The notes beneath the pieces are model-generated. The model did no database searches. It had not been told where the DNA came from and saw nothing but the letters and a program-made list of their open reading frames with translations. A DNA stretch of 64,000 nucleotides from Eledone cirrhosa. Lineage: Eukaryota. Shown here one piece after another: positions 1 through 13,200 of this stretch (position 1 is the first letter of the stretch; each line of letters begins with the position of its first letter). Location: NCBI GenBank assembly GCA_964016885.1, contig OZ024743.1, positions 133,362,001 through 133,426,000 of the forward strand, in the 5' to 3' direction. Position numbers and translations under genes: made by a program.

Positions 1-2629
1 GCTTGGTGTTTGGTGCTTGGTGCTTGGTGCTTGGTGTTTGGCGTTTGCTCTTTGCTGTTTGGTGTTTGGTGCTTGCTGTTTGGTGTTTGGTGTTTGGTGT
101 TTGGTGTTTGGTGCTTGCTGTTTGGTGCTTGGTGCTTGGTGTTTGGTGTTTGGTGCTTGGTGTGTGGTGTTAAGTGTTTGGTGCTTGGTGCTTGGTGTTT
201 GGTGCTTCGTGCTTGGTGCTTGGTGTTTGGTGCATGGTGCTTGGTGTTTGGCGCTTGGTGCCTGGTGCTTTGTGTTTGGTGCTAGGTGCTTGGTGCTTGG
301 TGTTTGGTGCTTGGTGCTTGGTGCTTGGTTATTAGTGTTTGGTGCTTGGTGCTTGGGGTTTGGTGTTTGGTGCTTGGTGCTTGGTGTTTGGTGTTTGCTG
401 TATGGTGTTTGCTGTTTCGTGTTTGGTGTTTGCTGTTTGGTGTTTAATGCTTGGTGCTTGGTGCTTGGTGTTTGGTGCTTGGTGCTTGGTGCTTGGTGTT
501 TGGCGTTTGCTCTTTGCTGTTTGGTGTTTGGTGCTTGCTGTTTGGTGTTTGGTGTTTGGTGTTTGGTGTTTGGTGCTTGCTGTTTGGTGCTTGGTGCTTG
601 GTGTTTGGTCTTTGGTGTTTGGTGCTTGGTGCTTGGTGTTTGGTGCTTGGTGCTTGGTGCTTGGTGCTGGGTGTTTGGTGCTTGGTGCTTGGTGTTTGGT
701 GCTTGGTGCTTGATGCTTGGTGCTTGGTATTTGGTCCTTGGTGCTTGGTGCTTGGTCTTTGGTACTTGGGGTTTGGTGTTTGGTGCTTGGTGCTTGGTGT
801 TTTGTGCTTGGTGCTTGGTGCTTGGTGTTTGGTGTTTGGTGCTTGCTGCTTGGTGCTTGGTGTTTGGTGCTTGGTGCTTGGTGATTAGTGTTTGGTGCAT
901 GGTGCTTGGTGTTTGTTGTTTGGTGCTTGGTGCTTGGTGTTTGGTGCTTGGTGCTTGCTGTTTGGTGTTTAGTGTTTGGTGCTTGGTGCTTGGTGTTTGG
1001 TGTTTGGTGTTTGGTGTTTGGTGCTTGGTGCTTGGTGTTTGGAGCTTGGTGTTTGGTGCTTGGTGTATGTACTTGGTGCTTGGTGCTTGGTGTTTGATGC
1101 TTGGTTCTTGGTGTTTGGTGCTTGGTGCTTGGTGCTTGGTGTTTGGTGCTTGGTGCTTGGTGTTTGGTACTTGGTGCTTGGTGTTTGGTGTTTGGTGTTT
1201 GGTGTTTGGTGCTTGGTGCTTGGTGCTTGGTGTTAAGTGTTTGGTGCTTGGTGCTTGGTGTTTGGTGCTTCGTGCTTGGTGCTTGGTGTTTGGTGCATGG
1301 TGCTTGATGTTTGGGGCTTGGTGCCTGGTGCTTGGTGTTTGGTGCTTGGTGCTTGGTGCTTGGTGTTTGGTGTTTGGTGCTTGGTGCTTGGTGTTTGGTG
1401 CTTGGTGCTTGGTGCTTGGTGTTCGGTGCTTGGTGCTAGGTGCTTGGTACTTGGTGTTAGGTTTTTGGTGCTTGGGGCTTGGTGTTTGATGTTTGGTCCT
1501 TGGTGCTTGGTGTTTGGTGTTTGGTGCTTGGTGCTTGGTGCTTGGTGTTTCGTGTTTGGTGCTTGCTGCTTGCTGCTTGGTGTTTGGTGCTTGGTGATTG
1601 GTGCTTGGTGTTTGGTGCTTGGTGGTTGGTGCTTGGTGTTTGGTGTTTGGTGCTAGGTGCTTGGTGCTTGGTGTTTGGTGCTTGGTGCTTGGTGTTTGGT
1701 GTTTGATGCTTGGTGCTTGGGGCTTGGTGTTTGGTGCTTGCTGCTTGGTGTTTGGTGCTTGCTGCTTGGTGTTTGTTGTTTGGTGTTTGGTGCTTGGTGT
1801 TTGGTGCTTGGTGCTTGGTGCTGGGTGGTTGATGTTTGGTGCTTGGTGCTTGGTGTTTGGTGCTTGGTGCTTGGTGCTTATTGTTTGGTGCTTGGTGCTT
1901 GGTGCTTGGTGCTTGGTCTTTGGTGCTTGGTGTTTGGTGTTTGGTGTTTGGTGTTTGTGCTTGGTGCTTGGTGCTTGGTGTTTGGTGCTAGGTGCTTAAC
2001 GCTTGGTGTTTGGTGCTTGGTGCTTGGTGCTTGGTGATTAGTGTTTGGTGATTGGTGCTTGGGGTTTGGTGTTTTGTGTTTGCTGTTTGGTGTATGCGGT
2101 TTGGTGTCTGCTTTTTGGTGTTTGGTGTTTGCTGTATGGTGTTTGCTGTTTTGTGTTTCGTGTTTGCTGTTTGGTGTTTGGTGCTTGGTGCTTGGTGCTT
2201 GGTGTTTGGTGCTTGGTGCTTGGTGCTTGGTGTTTGGCGTTTGCTGTTTGCTGTTTGGTGTTTGGTGTTTGCTGTTTGGTGTTTGCTGTTTGGTGTTTGG
2301 TGCTTGGTGCTTGGTGGCTGGTGTTCGGTGCTTGGTGTTTGGATTTTGGTCCTTGGTGCTTGGTGCCTGGTGTTTCGTGCTTGGTGCTTGGTGTTTGGTG
2401 TTTGGTACTTGGTGCTTGGTGCTTGGTGCTTGGTGTTTGGTGGTTGGTGCTTGGTGCTTGGTGTTTAATGCTGCGTGCTTGGTGTTTGGTGTTTGGTGCT
2501 TGGTGCTTGGTGTTTGGTGATTGGAGCTTGGTGCCTGGTGCTTGTTGTTTGGTGCCTGGTGCTTGTTGTTTGGTGTTTGGTGCTTGGTGCTTGGTGTTTG
2601 GTGCTTGGTGCTTGGTGCTTGATGTTTGG

Positions 2630-4910
2630 TGCTTGGTGCTTGGTGTTTGGTGCTTGGTGCTTGGTGCTTGGTGCTTGGTGTTAGGTGTTTGGTGCTTGGT
2701 GCTTGGTGTTTGATGTTTGGTCCTTGGTGCTTGGTGTTTGGTGTTTGGTGCTTGGTGCTTGGTGTTTGGTGTTTTGTGTTTGGAGTTTGGTGCTTGGTGT
2801 TTGGTGCTTCGGGCTTGGTGCTTGGTGTTTGGTGCTTGGTGCTTGGTGTTTGGTGCTTGGTGCCTGGTGCTTGGTGTTTGGTGCTTGGTGCTTGGTGTTT
2901 GGTGATTGGTGCTTGGTGTTTGGTGCTTGGTGCTTGGTGCCTGGTGCTTGGTGTTAGGTGTTTGGTGCTTGGTGCTTGGTGTTTGATGTTTGGTCCTTGG
3001 TGCTTGGTGTTTGGTGTTTGGTGCTTGGTGTTTGGTGTTTGGTGTTTGGTGCTTGGTGCTTGGTGTTTGGTGCTTGCTGCCTGCTGCATGGGTTTTGGTG
3101 CTTGGTGATTGGTGCTTGGTGTTTTGCGCTTGGTGCTTGGTGTTTGGTGTTTGGTGTTTGGTGCTTGGTGCTTGGTGCTTGGTGCTTGGTGTTTGGTGCT
3201 GCGTGCTTGGTGTTTGGTGTCTGGAGTTTGGTGCTTGGTGCTTGGTGCCTGGTGTTTCGTGCTTGGTGCTTGGTGCTTGGTGTTTGGTGTTTGGTGCTTG
3301 GTGTTTGGTGCTTGGTGCCTGGTGCTTGGTGTTTGGTGCTTGGAGCTTGGTGTTTGGTGATTGGTGCTTGGTGTTTGGTGATTGGTGCTTGATGTTTGGT
3401 TCTTGGCGTTAGGTGTTTGGTGCTTGGTGCTTGGTGTTTGATGTTTGGTCCTTGGTGCTTGGTGTTTGGTGTTTGGTGCTTGGTTCTTGTTGTTTGGTGT
3501 TTGGTGCTTGCTGCTTGCTGCTTGGTGTTTGGTGCTTGGTGTTTTGTGCTTGATGCTTGGTGTTTGTTGTTTGGTGCTAGGGGCTTAGTGCTTGGTGCTT
3601 GGTGTTTGGTGTTTGATGTTTGGTCCTTGGTGCTTGCTGTTTGGTGTTTGGTGCTTGGTGCGTGGGACTTAGTGTTTGGTGTTTGGTGCTTGGTGTTTGG
3701 TGCTTGGTGTTTGGGGCTTGGTGTTCGGTGCTTGGTGCCTGGTGCTTGGGGCTTGGTGTTTGGTGTTTGGTGCTTGGTGCTTGGTGTTTGGTGCTTGGTG
3801 CTTGGTGCTTGGTGCTTGGTGTTAGGTGTTTGGTGCTTGGTGCTTGGTGTTTGATGTTTGGTCCTTGGTGCTTGGTGTTTGGTGTTTGGTGCTTGGTGCT
3901 TGGTGTTTGGTGTTTTGTGTTTGGAGTTTGGTGCTTGGTGTTTGGTGCTTCGGGCTTGGTGCTTGGTGTTTGGTGCTTGGTGCTTGGTGTTTGGTGCTTG
4001 GTGCCTGGTGCTTGGTGTTTGGTGCTTGGTGCTTGGTGTTTGGTGATTGGTGCTTGGTGTTTGGTGCTTGGTGCTTGGTGCCTGGTGCTTGGTGTTAGGT
4101 GTTTGGTGCTTGGTGCTTGGTGTTTGATGTTTGGTCCTTGGTGCTTGGTGTTTGGTGTTTGGTGCTTGGTGTTTGGTGTTTGGTGTTTGGTGCTTGGTGC
4201 TTGGTGTTTGGTGCTTGCTGCCTGCTGCATGGGTTTTGGTGCTTGGTGATTGGTGCTTGGTGTTTTGCGCTTGGTGCTTGGTGTTTGGTGTTTGGTGTTT
4301 GGTGCTTGGTGCTTGGTGCTTGGTGCTTGGTGTTTGGTGCTGCGTGCTTGGTGTTTGGTGTCTGGAGTTTGGTGCTTGGTGCTTGGTGCCTGGTGTTTCG
4401 TGCTTGGTGCTTGGTGCTTGGTGTTTGGTGTTTGGTGCTTGGTGTTTGGTGCTTGGTGCCTGGTGCTTGGTGTTTGGTGCTTGGAGCTTGGTGTTTGGTG
4501 ATTGGTGCTTGGTGTTTGGTGATTGGTGCTTGATGTTTGGTTCTTGGCGTTAGGTGTTTGGTGCTTGGTGCTTGGTGTTTGATGTTTGGTCCTTGGTGCT
4601 TGGTGTTTGGTGTTTGGTGCTTGGTTCTTGTTGTTTGGTGTTTGGTGCTTGCTGCTTGCTGCTTGGTGTTTGGTGCTTGGTGTTTTGTGCTTGATGCTTG
4701 GTGTTTGTTGTTTGGTGCTAGGGGCTTAGTGCTTGGTGCTTGGTGTTTGGTGCTTGGTGCTTGCTGTTTGGTGTTTGGTGCTTGGTGCGTGGGACTTAGT
4801 GTTTGGTGTTTGGTGCTTGGTGTTTGGTGCTTGGTGTTTGGGGCTTGGTGTTCGGTGCTTGGTGCCTGGTGCTTGGGGCTTGGTGTTTGGTGTTTGGTGC
4901 TTGGTGCTTG
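2630..4910 (+). repeat. Nested 1141-bp (163-monomer) tandem duplication in HOR copy 1
   Basis: Identical ORFs 2685/3826, 2958/4099, 3109/4250. The rare motif GCTGCCTGCTGCATGGG occurs twice, 1141 bp apart. Confidence 0.92.
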
Positions 4911-5139
4911 GTGTTTGATGTTGGGTCCTTGGTGCTTGGTGCTTGGTGTTTGGTGCTTGGTGTTTGGTACTTGGTGCTTGGTGCTTGGTGTTAAGTGTTT
5001 GGTGCTTGGTGCTTGGTGTTTGGTGCTTCGTGCTTGGTGCTTGGTGTTTGGTGGATGGTGCTTGGCGTTTGGGGCTTGGTGCCTGGTGCTTTGTGTTTGG
5101 TGCTAGGTGCTTGGTGCTTGGTCTTCAGTGTTTGGTGCT

Positions 5140-5925
5140 TGGTGCTTGGTGCTTGGTGTTTGGTGCTTGGTGCTTGGTGCTTGGTTATTAGTGTTTGGTG
5201 CTTGGTGCTTGGGGTTTGGTGTTTGGTGCTTGGTGCTTTGTGTTTGGTGTTTGCTGTATGGTGTTTGCTGTTTCGTGTTTGGTGTTTGCTGTTTGGTGTT
5301 TAATGCTTGGTGCTTGGTGCTTGGTGTTTGGTGCTTGGTGCTTGGTGCTTGGTGTTTGGCGTTTGCTCTTTGCTGTTTGGTGTTTGGTGCTTGCTGTTTG
5401 GTGTTTGGTGTTTGGTGTTTGGTGTTTGGTGCTTGCTGTTTGGTGCTTGGTGCTTGGTGTTTGGTGTTTGGTGCTTGGTGTGTGGTGTTAAGTGTTTGGT
5501 GCTTGGTGCTTGGTGTTTGGTGCTTCGTGCTTGGTGCTTGGTGTTTGGTGCATGGTGCTTGGTGTTTGGCGCTTGGTGCCTGGTGCTTTGTGTTTGGTGC
5601 TAGGTGCTTGGTGCTTGGTGTTTGGTGCTTGGTGCTTGGTGCTTGGTTATTAGTGTTTGGTGCTTGGTGCTTGGGGTTTGGTGTTTGGTGCTTGGTGCTT
5701 GGTGTTTGGTGTTTGCTGTATGGTGTTTGCTGTTTGGTGTTTGGTGTTTGCTGTTTGGTGTTTAATGCTTGGTGCTTGGTGCTTGGTGTTTGGTGCTTGG
5801 TGCTTGGTGCTTGGTGTTTGGCGTTTGCTCTTTGCTGTTTGGTGTTTGGTGCTTGCTGTTTGGTGTTTGGTGTTTGGTGTTTGGTGTTTGGTGCTTGCTG
5901 TTTGGTGCTTGGTGCTTGGTGTTTG
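5140..5925 (+). repeat. Nested 462-bp-offset (66-monomer) duplication; repeated at ~10458-11243
   Basis: ORF starts 5195/5657 and 5307/5769; 10513/10975 and 10625/11087. The motif series GGTTATTAGTG...GCTGTATGG...TTTAATGC...GCTCTTTGC recurs at this offset. Confidence 0.88.
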
Positions 5926-7947
5926 GTCTTTGGTGTTTGGTGCTTGGTGCTTGGTGTTTGGTGCTTGGTGCTTGGTGCTTGGTGCTGGGTGTTTGGTGCT
6001 TGGTGCTTGGTGTTTGGTGCTTGGTGCTTGATGCTTGGTGCTTGGTATTTGGTCCTTGGTGCTTGGTGCTTGGTCTTTGGTACTTGGGGTTTGGTGTTTG
6101 GTGCTTGGTGCTTGGTGTTTTGTGCTTGGTGCTTGGTGCTTGGTGTTTGGTGTTTGGTGCTTGCTGCTTGGTGCTTGGTGTTTGGTGCTTGGTGCTTGGT
6201 GATTAGTGTTTGGTGCATGGTGCTTGGTGTTTGTTGTTTGGTGCTTGGTGCTTGGTGTTTGGTGCTTGGTGCTTGCTGTTTGGTGTTTAGTGTTTGGTGC
6301 TTGGTGCTTGGTGTTTGGTGTTTGGTGTTTGGTGTTTGGTGCTTGGTGCTTGGTGTTTGGAGCTTGGTGTTTGGTGCTTGGTGTATGTACTTGGTGCTTG
6401 GTGCTTGGTGTTTGATGCTTGGTTCTTGGTGTTTGGTGCTTGGTGCTTGGTGCTTGGTGTTTGGTGCTTGGTGCTTGGTGTTTGGTACTTGGTGCTTGGT
6501 GTTTGGTGTTTGGTGTTTGGTGTTTGGTGCTTGGTGCTTGGTGCTTGGTGTTAAGTGTTTGGTGCTTGGTGCTTGGTGTTTGGTGCTTCGTGCTTGGTGC
6601 TTGGTGTTTGGTGCATGGTGCTTGATGTTTGGGGCTTGGTGCCTGGTGCTTGGTGTTTGGTGCTTGGTGCTTGGTGCTTGGTGTTTGGTGTTTGGTGCTT
6701 GGTGCTTGGTGTTTGGTGCTTGGTGCTTGGTGCTTGGTGTTCGGTGCTTGGTGCTAGGTGCTTGGTACTTGGTGTTAGGTTTTTGGTGCTTGGGGCTTGG
6801 TGTTTGATGTTTGGTCCTTGGTGCTTGGTGTTTGGTGTTTGGTGCTTGGTGCTTGGTGCTTGGTGTTTCGTGTTTGGTGCTTGCTGCTTGCTGCTTGGTG
6901 TTTGGTGCTTGGTGATTGGTGCTTGGTGTTTGGTGCTTGGTGGTTGGTGCTTGGTGTTTGGTGTTTGGTGCTAGGTGCTTGGTGCTTGGTGTTTGGTGCT
7001 TGGTGCTTGGTGTTTGGTGTTTGATGCTTGGTGCTTGGGGCTTGGTGTTTGGTGCTTGCTGCTTGGTGTTTGGTGCTTGCTGCTTGGTGTTTGTTGTTTG
7101 GTGTTTGGTGCTTGGTGTTTGGTGCTTGGTGCTTGGTGCTGGGTGGTTGATGTTTGGTGCTTGGTGCTTGGTGTTTGGTGCTTGGTGCTTGGTGCTTATT
7201 GTTTGGTGCTTGGTGCTTGGTGCTTGGTGCTTGGTCTTTGGTGCTTGGTGTTTGGTGTTTGGTGTTTGGTGTTTGTGCTTGGTGCTTGGTGCTTGGTGTT
7301 TGGTGCTAGGTGCTTAACGCTTGGTGTTTGGTGCTTGGTGCTTGGTGCTTGGTGATTAGTGTTTGGTGATTGGTGCTTGGGGTTTGGTGTTTTGTGTTTG
7401 CTGTTTGGTGTATGCGGTTTGGTGTCTGCTTTTTGGTGTTTGGTGTTTGCTGTATGGTGTTTGCTGTTTTGTGTTTCGTGTTTGCTGTTTGGTGTTTGGT
7501 GCTTGGTGCTTGGTGCTTGGTGTTTGGTGCTTGGTGCTTGGTGCTTGGTGTTTGGCGTTTGCTGTTTGCTGTTTGGTGTTTGGTGTTTGCTGTTTGGTGT
7601 TTGCTGTTTGGTGTTTGGTGCTTGGTGCTTGGTGGCTGGTGTTCGGTGCTTGGTGTTTGGATTTTGGTCCTTGGTGCTTGGTGCCTGGTGTTTCGTGCTT
7701 GGTGCTTGGTGTTTGGTGTTTGGTATTTGGTGCTTGGTGCTTGGTGCTTGGTGTTTGGTGGTTGGTGCTTGGTGCTTGGTGTTTAATGCTGCGTGCTTGG
7801 TGTTTGGTGTTTGGTGCTTGGTGCTTGGTGTTTGGTGATTGGAGCTTGGTGCCTGGTGCTTGTTGTTTGGTGCCTGGTGCTTGTTGTTTGGTGTTTGGTG
7901 CTTGGTGCTTGGTGTTTGGTGCTTGGTGCTTGGTGCTTGATGTTTGG

Positions 7948-10228
7948 TGCTTGGTGCTTGGTGTTTGGTGCTTGGTGCTTGGTGCTTGGTGCTTGGTGTT
8001 AGGTGTTTGGTGCTTGGTGCTTATTGTTTGATGTTTGGTCCTTGGTGCTTGGTGTTTGGTGTTTGGTGCTTGGTGCTTGGTGTTTGGTGTTTTGTGTTTG
8101 GAGTTTGGTGCTTGGTGTTTGGTGCTTCGGGCTTGGTGCTTGGTGTTTGGTGCTTGGTGCTTGGTGTTTGGTGCTTGGTGCCTGGTGCTTGGTGTTTGGT
8201 GCTTGGTGCTTGGTGTTTGGTGATTGGTGCTTGGTGTTTGGTGCTTGGTGCTTGGTGCCTGGTGCTTGGTGTTAGGTGTTTGGTGCTTGGTGCTTGGTGT
8301 TTGATGTTTGGTCCTTGGTGCTTGGTGTTTGGTGTTTGGTGCTTGGTGTTTGGTGTTTGGTGTTTGGTGCTTGGTGCTTGGTGTTTGGTGCTTGCTGCCT
8401 GCTGCATGGGTTTTGGTGCTTGGTGATTGGTGCTTGGTGTTTTGCGCTTGGTGCTTGGTGTTTGGTGTTTGGTGTTTGGTGCTTGGTGCTTGGTGCTTGG
8501 TGCTTGGTGTTTGGTGCTGCGTGCTTGGTGTTTGGTGTCTGGAGTTTGGTGCTTGGTGCTTGGTGCCTGGTGTTTCGTGCTTGGTGCTTGGTGCTTGGTG
8601 TTTGGTGTTTGGTGCTTGGTGTTTGGTGCTTGGTGCCTGGTGCTTGGTGTTTGGTGCTTGGAGCTTGGTGTTTGGTGATTGGTGCTTGGTGTTTGGTGAT
8701 TGGTGCTTGATGTTTGGTTCTTGGCGTTAGGTGTTTGGTGCTTGGTGCTTGGTGTTTGATGTTTGGTCCTTGGTGCTTGGTGTTTGGTGTTTGGTGCTTG
8801 GTTCTTGTTGTTTGGTGTTTGGTGCTTGCTGCTTGCTGCTTGGTGTTTGGTGCTTGGTGTTTTGTGCTTGATGCTTGGTGTTTGTTGTTTGGTGCTAGGG
8901 GCTTAGTGCTTGGTGCTTGGTGTTTGGTGTTTGATGTTTGGTCCTTGGTGCTTGCTGTTTGGTGTTTGGTGCTTGGTGCGTGGGACTTAGTGTTTGGTGT
9001 TTGGTGCTTGGTGTTTGGTGCTTGGTGTTTGGGGCTTGGTGTTCGGTGCTTGGTGCCTGGTGCTTGGGGCTTGGTGTTTGGTGTTTGGTGCTTGGTGCTT
9101 GGTGTTTGGTGCTTGGTGCTTGGTGCTTGGTGCTTGGTGTTAGGTGTTTGGTGCTTGGTGCTTGGTGTTTGATGTTTGGTCCTTGGTGCTTGGTGTTTGG
9201 TGTTTGGTGCTTGGTGCTTGGTGTTTGGTGTTTTGTGTTTGGAGTTTGGTGCTTGGTGTTTGGTGCTTCGGGCTTGGTGCTTGGTGTTTGGTGCTTGGTG
9301 CTTGGTGTTTGGTGCTTGGTGCCTGGTGCTTGGTGTTTGGTGCTTGGTGCTTGGTGTTTGGTGATTGGTGCTTGGTGTTTGGTGCTTGGTGCTTGGTGCC
9401 TGGTGCTTGGTGTTAGGTGTTTGGTGCTTGGTGCTTGGTGTTTGATGTTTGGTCCTTGGTGCTTGGTGTTTGGTGTTTGGTGCTTGGTGTTTGGTGTTTG
9501 GTGTTTGGTGCTTGGTGCTTGGTGTTTGGTGCTTGCTGCCTGCTGCATGGGTTTTGGTGCTTGGTGATTGGTGCTTGGTGTTTTGCGCTTGGTGCTTGGT
9601 GTTTGGTGTTTGGTGTTTGGTGCTTGGTGCTTGGTGCTTGGTGCTTGGTGTTTGGTGCTGCGTGCTTGGTGTTTGGTGTCTGGAGTTTGGTGCTTGGTGC
9701 TTGGTGCCTGGTGTTTCGTGCTTGGTGCTTGGTGCTTGGTGTTTGGTGTTTGGTGCTTGGTGTTTGGTGCTTGGTGCCTGGTGCTTGGTGTTTGGTGCTT
9801 GGAGCTTGGTGTTTGGTGATTGGTGCTTGGTGTTTGGTGATTGGTGCTTGATGTTTGGTTCTTGGCGTTAGGTGTTTGGTGCTTGGTGCTTGGTGTTTGA
9901 TGTTTGGTCCTTGGTGCTTGGTGTTTGGTGTTTGGTGCTTGGTTCTTGTTGTTTGGTGTTTGGTGCTTGCTGCTTGCTGCTTGGTGTTTGGTGCTTGGTG
10001 TTTTGTGCTTGATGCTTGGTGTTTGTTGTTTGGTGCTAGGGGCTTAGTGCTTGGTGCTTGGTGTTTGGTGCTTGGTGCTTGCTGTTTGGTGTTTGGTGCT
10101 TGGTGCGTGGGACTTAGTGTTTGGTGTTTGGTGCTTGGTGTTTGGTGCTTGGTGTTTGGGGCTTGGTGTTCGGTGCTTGGTGCCTGGTGCTTGGGGCTTG
10201 GTGTTTGGTGTTTGGTGCTTGGTGCTTG
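7948..10228 (+). repeat. Nested 1141-bp tandem duplication in HOR copy 2
   Basis: Identical ORFs 8276/9417, 8308/9449, 8427/9568. Confidence 0.92.
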
Positions 10229-13200
10229 GTGTTTGATGTTGGGTCCTTGGTGCTTGGTGCTTGGTGTTTGGTGCTTGGTGTTTGGTACTTGGTGCTTGGT
10301 GCTTGGTGTTAAGTGTTTGGTGCTTGGTGCTTGGTGTTTGGTGCTTCGTGCTTGGTGCTTGGTGTTTGGTGGATGGTGCTTGGTGTTTGGGGCTTGGTGC
10401 CTGGTGCTTTGTGTTTGGTGCTAGGTGCTTGGTGCTTGGTCTTCAGTGTTTGGTGCTTGGTGCTTGGTGCTTGGTGTTTGGTGCTTGGTGCTTGGTGCTT
10501 GGTTATTAGTGTTTGGTGCTTGGTGCTTGGGGTTTGGTGTTTGGTGCTTGGTGCTTTGTGTTTGGTGTTTGCTGTATGGTGTTTGCTGTTTGGTGTTTGG
10601 TGTTTGCTGTTTGGTGTTTAATGCTTGGTGCTTGGTGCTTGGTGTTTGGTGCTTGGTGCTTGGTGCTTGGTGTTTGGCGTTTGCTCTTTGCTGTTTGGTG
10701 TTTGGTGCTTGCTGTTTGGTGTTTGGTGTTTGGTGTTTGGTGTTTGGTGCTTGCTGTTTGGTGCTTGGTGCTTGGTGTTTGGTGTTTGGTGCTTGGTGTG
10801 TGGTGTTAAGTGTTTGGTGCTTGGTGCTTGGTGTTTGGTGCTTCGTGCTTGGTGCTTGGTGTTTGGTGCATGGTGCTTGGTGTTTGGCGCTTGGTGCCTG
10901 GTGCTTTGTGTTTGGTGCTAGGTGCTTGGTGCTTGGTGTTTGGTGCTTGGTGCTTGGTGCTTGGTTATTAGTGTTTGGTGCTTGGTGCTTGGGGTTTGGT
11001 GTTTGGTGCTTGGTGCTTGGTGTTTGGTGTTTGCTGTATGGTGTTTGCTGTTTCGTGTTTGGTGTTTGCTGTTTGGTGTTTAATGCTTGGTGCTTGGTGC
11101 TTGGTGTTTGGTGCTTGGTGCTTGGTGCTTGGTGTTTGGCGTTTGCTCTTTGCTGTTTGGTGTTTGGTGCTTGCTGTTTGGTGTTTGGTGTTTGGTGTTT
11201 GGTGTTTGGTGCTTGCTGTTTGGTGCTTGGTGCTTGGTGTTTGGTCTTTGGTGTTTGGTGCTTGGTGCTTGGTGTTTGGTGCTTGGTGCTTGGTGCTTGG
11301 TGCTGGGTGTTTGGTGCTTGGTGCTTGGTGTTTGGTGCTTGGTGCTTGATGCTTGGTGCTTGGTGTTTGGTCCTTGGTGCTTGGTGCTTGGTCTTTGGTA
11401 CTTGGGGTTTGGTGTTTGGTGCTTGGTGCTTGGTGTTTGGTGCTTGGTGCTTGGTGCTTGGTGTTTGGTGTTTGGTGCTTGCTGCTTGGTGCTTGGTGTT
11501 TGGTGCTTGGTGCTTGGTGATTAGTGTTTGGTGCATGGTGCTTGGTGTTTGTTGTTTGGTGCTTGGTGCTTTGTGTTTGGTGCTTGGTGCTTGCTGTTTG
11601 GTGTTTAGTGTTTGGTGCTTGGTGCTTGGTGTTTGGTGTTTGGTGTTTGGTGTTTGGTGCTTGGTGCTTGGTGTTTGGAGCTTGGTGTTTGGTGCTTGGT
11701 GTATGTACTTGGTGCTTGGTGCTTGGTGTTTGATGCTTGGTTCTTGGTGTTTGGTGCTTGGTGCTTGGTGCTTGGTGTTTGGTGCTTGGTGCTTGGTGTT
11801 TGGTACTTGGTGCTTGGTGTTTGGTGTTTGGTGTTTGGTGTTTGGTGCTTGGTGCTTGGTGCTTGGTGTTAAGTGTTTGGTGCTTGGTGCTTGGTGTTTG
11901 GTGCTTCGTGCTTGGTGCTTGGTGTTTGGTGCATGGTGCTTGATGTTTGGGGCTTGGTGCCTGGTGCTTGGTGTTTGGTGCTTGGTGCTTGGTGCTTGGT
12001 GTTTGGTGTTTGGTGCTTGGTGCTTGGTGTTTGGTGCTTGGTGCTTGGTGCTTGGTGTTCGGTGCTTGGTGCTAGGTGCTTGGTACTTGGTGTTAGGTTT
12101 TTGGTGCTTGGGGCTTGGTGTTTGATGTTTGGTCCTTGGTGCTTGGTGTTTGGTGTTTGGTGCTTGGTGCTTGGTGCTTGGTGTTTCGTGTTTGGTGCTT
12201 GCTGCTTGCTGCTTGGTGTTTGGTGCTTGGTGATTGGTGCTTGGTGTTTGGTGCTTGGTGGTTGGTGCTTGGTGTTTGGTGTTTGGTGCTAGGTGCTTGG
12301 TGCTTGGTGTTTGGTGCTTGGTGCTTGGTGTTTGGTGTTTGATGCTTGGTGCTTGGGGCTTGGTGTTTGGTGCTTGCTGCTTGGTGTTTGGTGCTTGCTG
12401 CTTGGTGTTTGTTGTTTGGTGTTTGGTGCTTGGTGTTTGGTGCTTGGTGCTTGGTGCTGGGTGGTTGATGTTTGGTGCTTGGTGCTTGGTGTTTGGTGCT
12501 TGGTGCTTGGTGCTTATTGTTTGGTGCTTGGTGCTTGGTGCTTGGTGCTTGGTCTTTGGTGCTTGGTGTTTGGTGTTTGGTGTTTGGTGTTTGTGCTTGG
12601 TGCTTGGTGCTTGGTGTTTGGTGCTAGGTGCTTAACGCTTGGTGTTTGGTGCTTGGTGCTTGGTGCTTGGTGATTAGTGTTTGGTGATTGGTGCTTGGGG
12701 TTTGGTGTTTTGTGTTTGCTGTTTGGTGTATGCGGTTTGGTGTCTGCTTTTTGGTGTTTGGTGTTTGCTGTATGGTGTTTGCTGTTTTGTGTTTCGTGTT
12801 TGCTGTTTGGTGTTTGGTGCTTGGTGCTTGGTGCTTGGTGTTTGGTGCTTGGTGCTTGGTGCTTGGTGTTTGGCGTTTGCTGTTTGCTGTTTGGTGTTTG
12901 GTGTTTGCTGTTTGGTGTTTGCTGTTTGGTGTTTGGTGCTTGGTGCTTGGTGGCTGGTGTTCGGTGCTTGGTGTTTGGATTTTGGTCCTTGGTGCTTGGT
13001 GCCTGGTGTTTCGTGCTTGGTGCTTGGTGTTTGGTGTTTGGTATTTGGTGCTTGGTGCTTGGTGCTTGGTGTTTGGTGGTTGGTGCTTGGTGCTTGGTGT
13101 TTAATGCTGCGTGCTTGGTGTTTGGTGTTTGGTGCTTGGTGCTTGGTGTTTGGTGATTGGAGCTTGGTGCCTGGTGCTTGTTGTTTGGTGCCTGGTGCTT

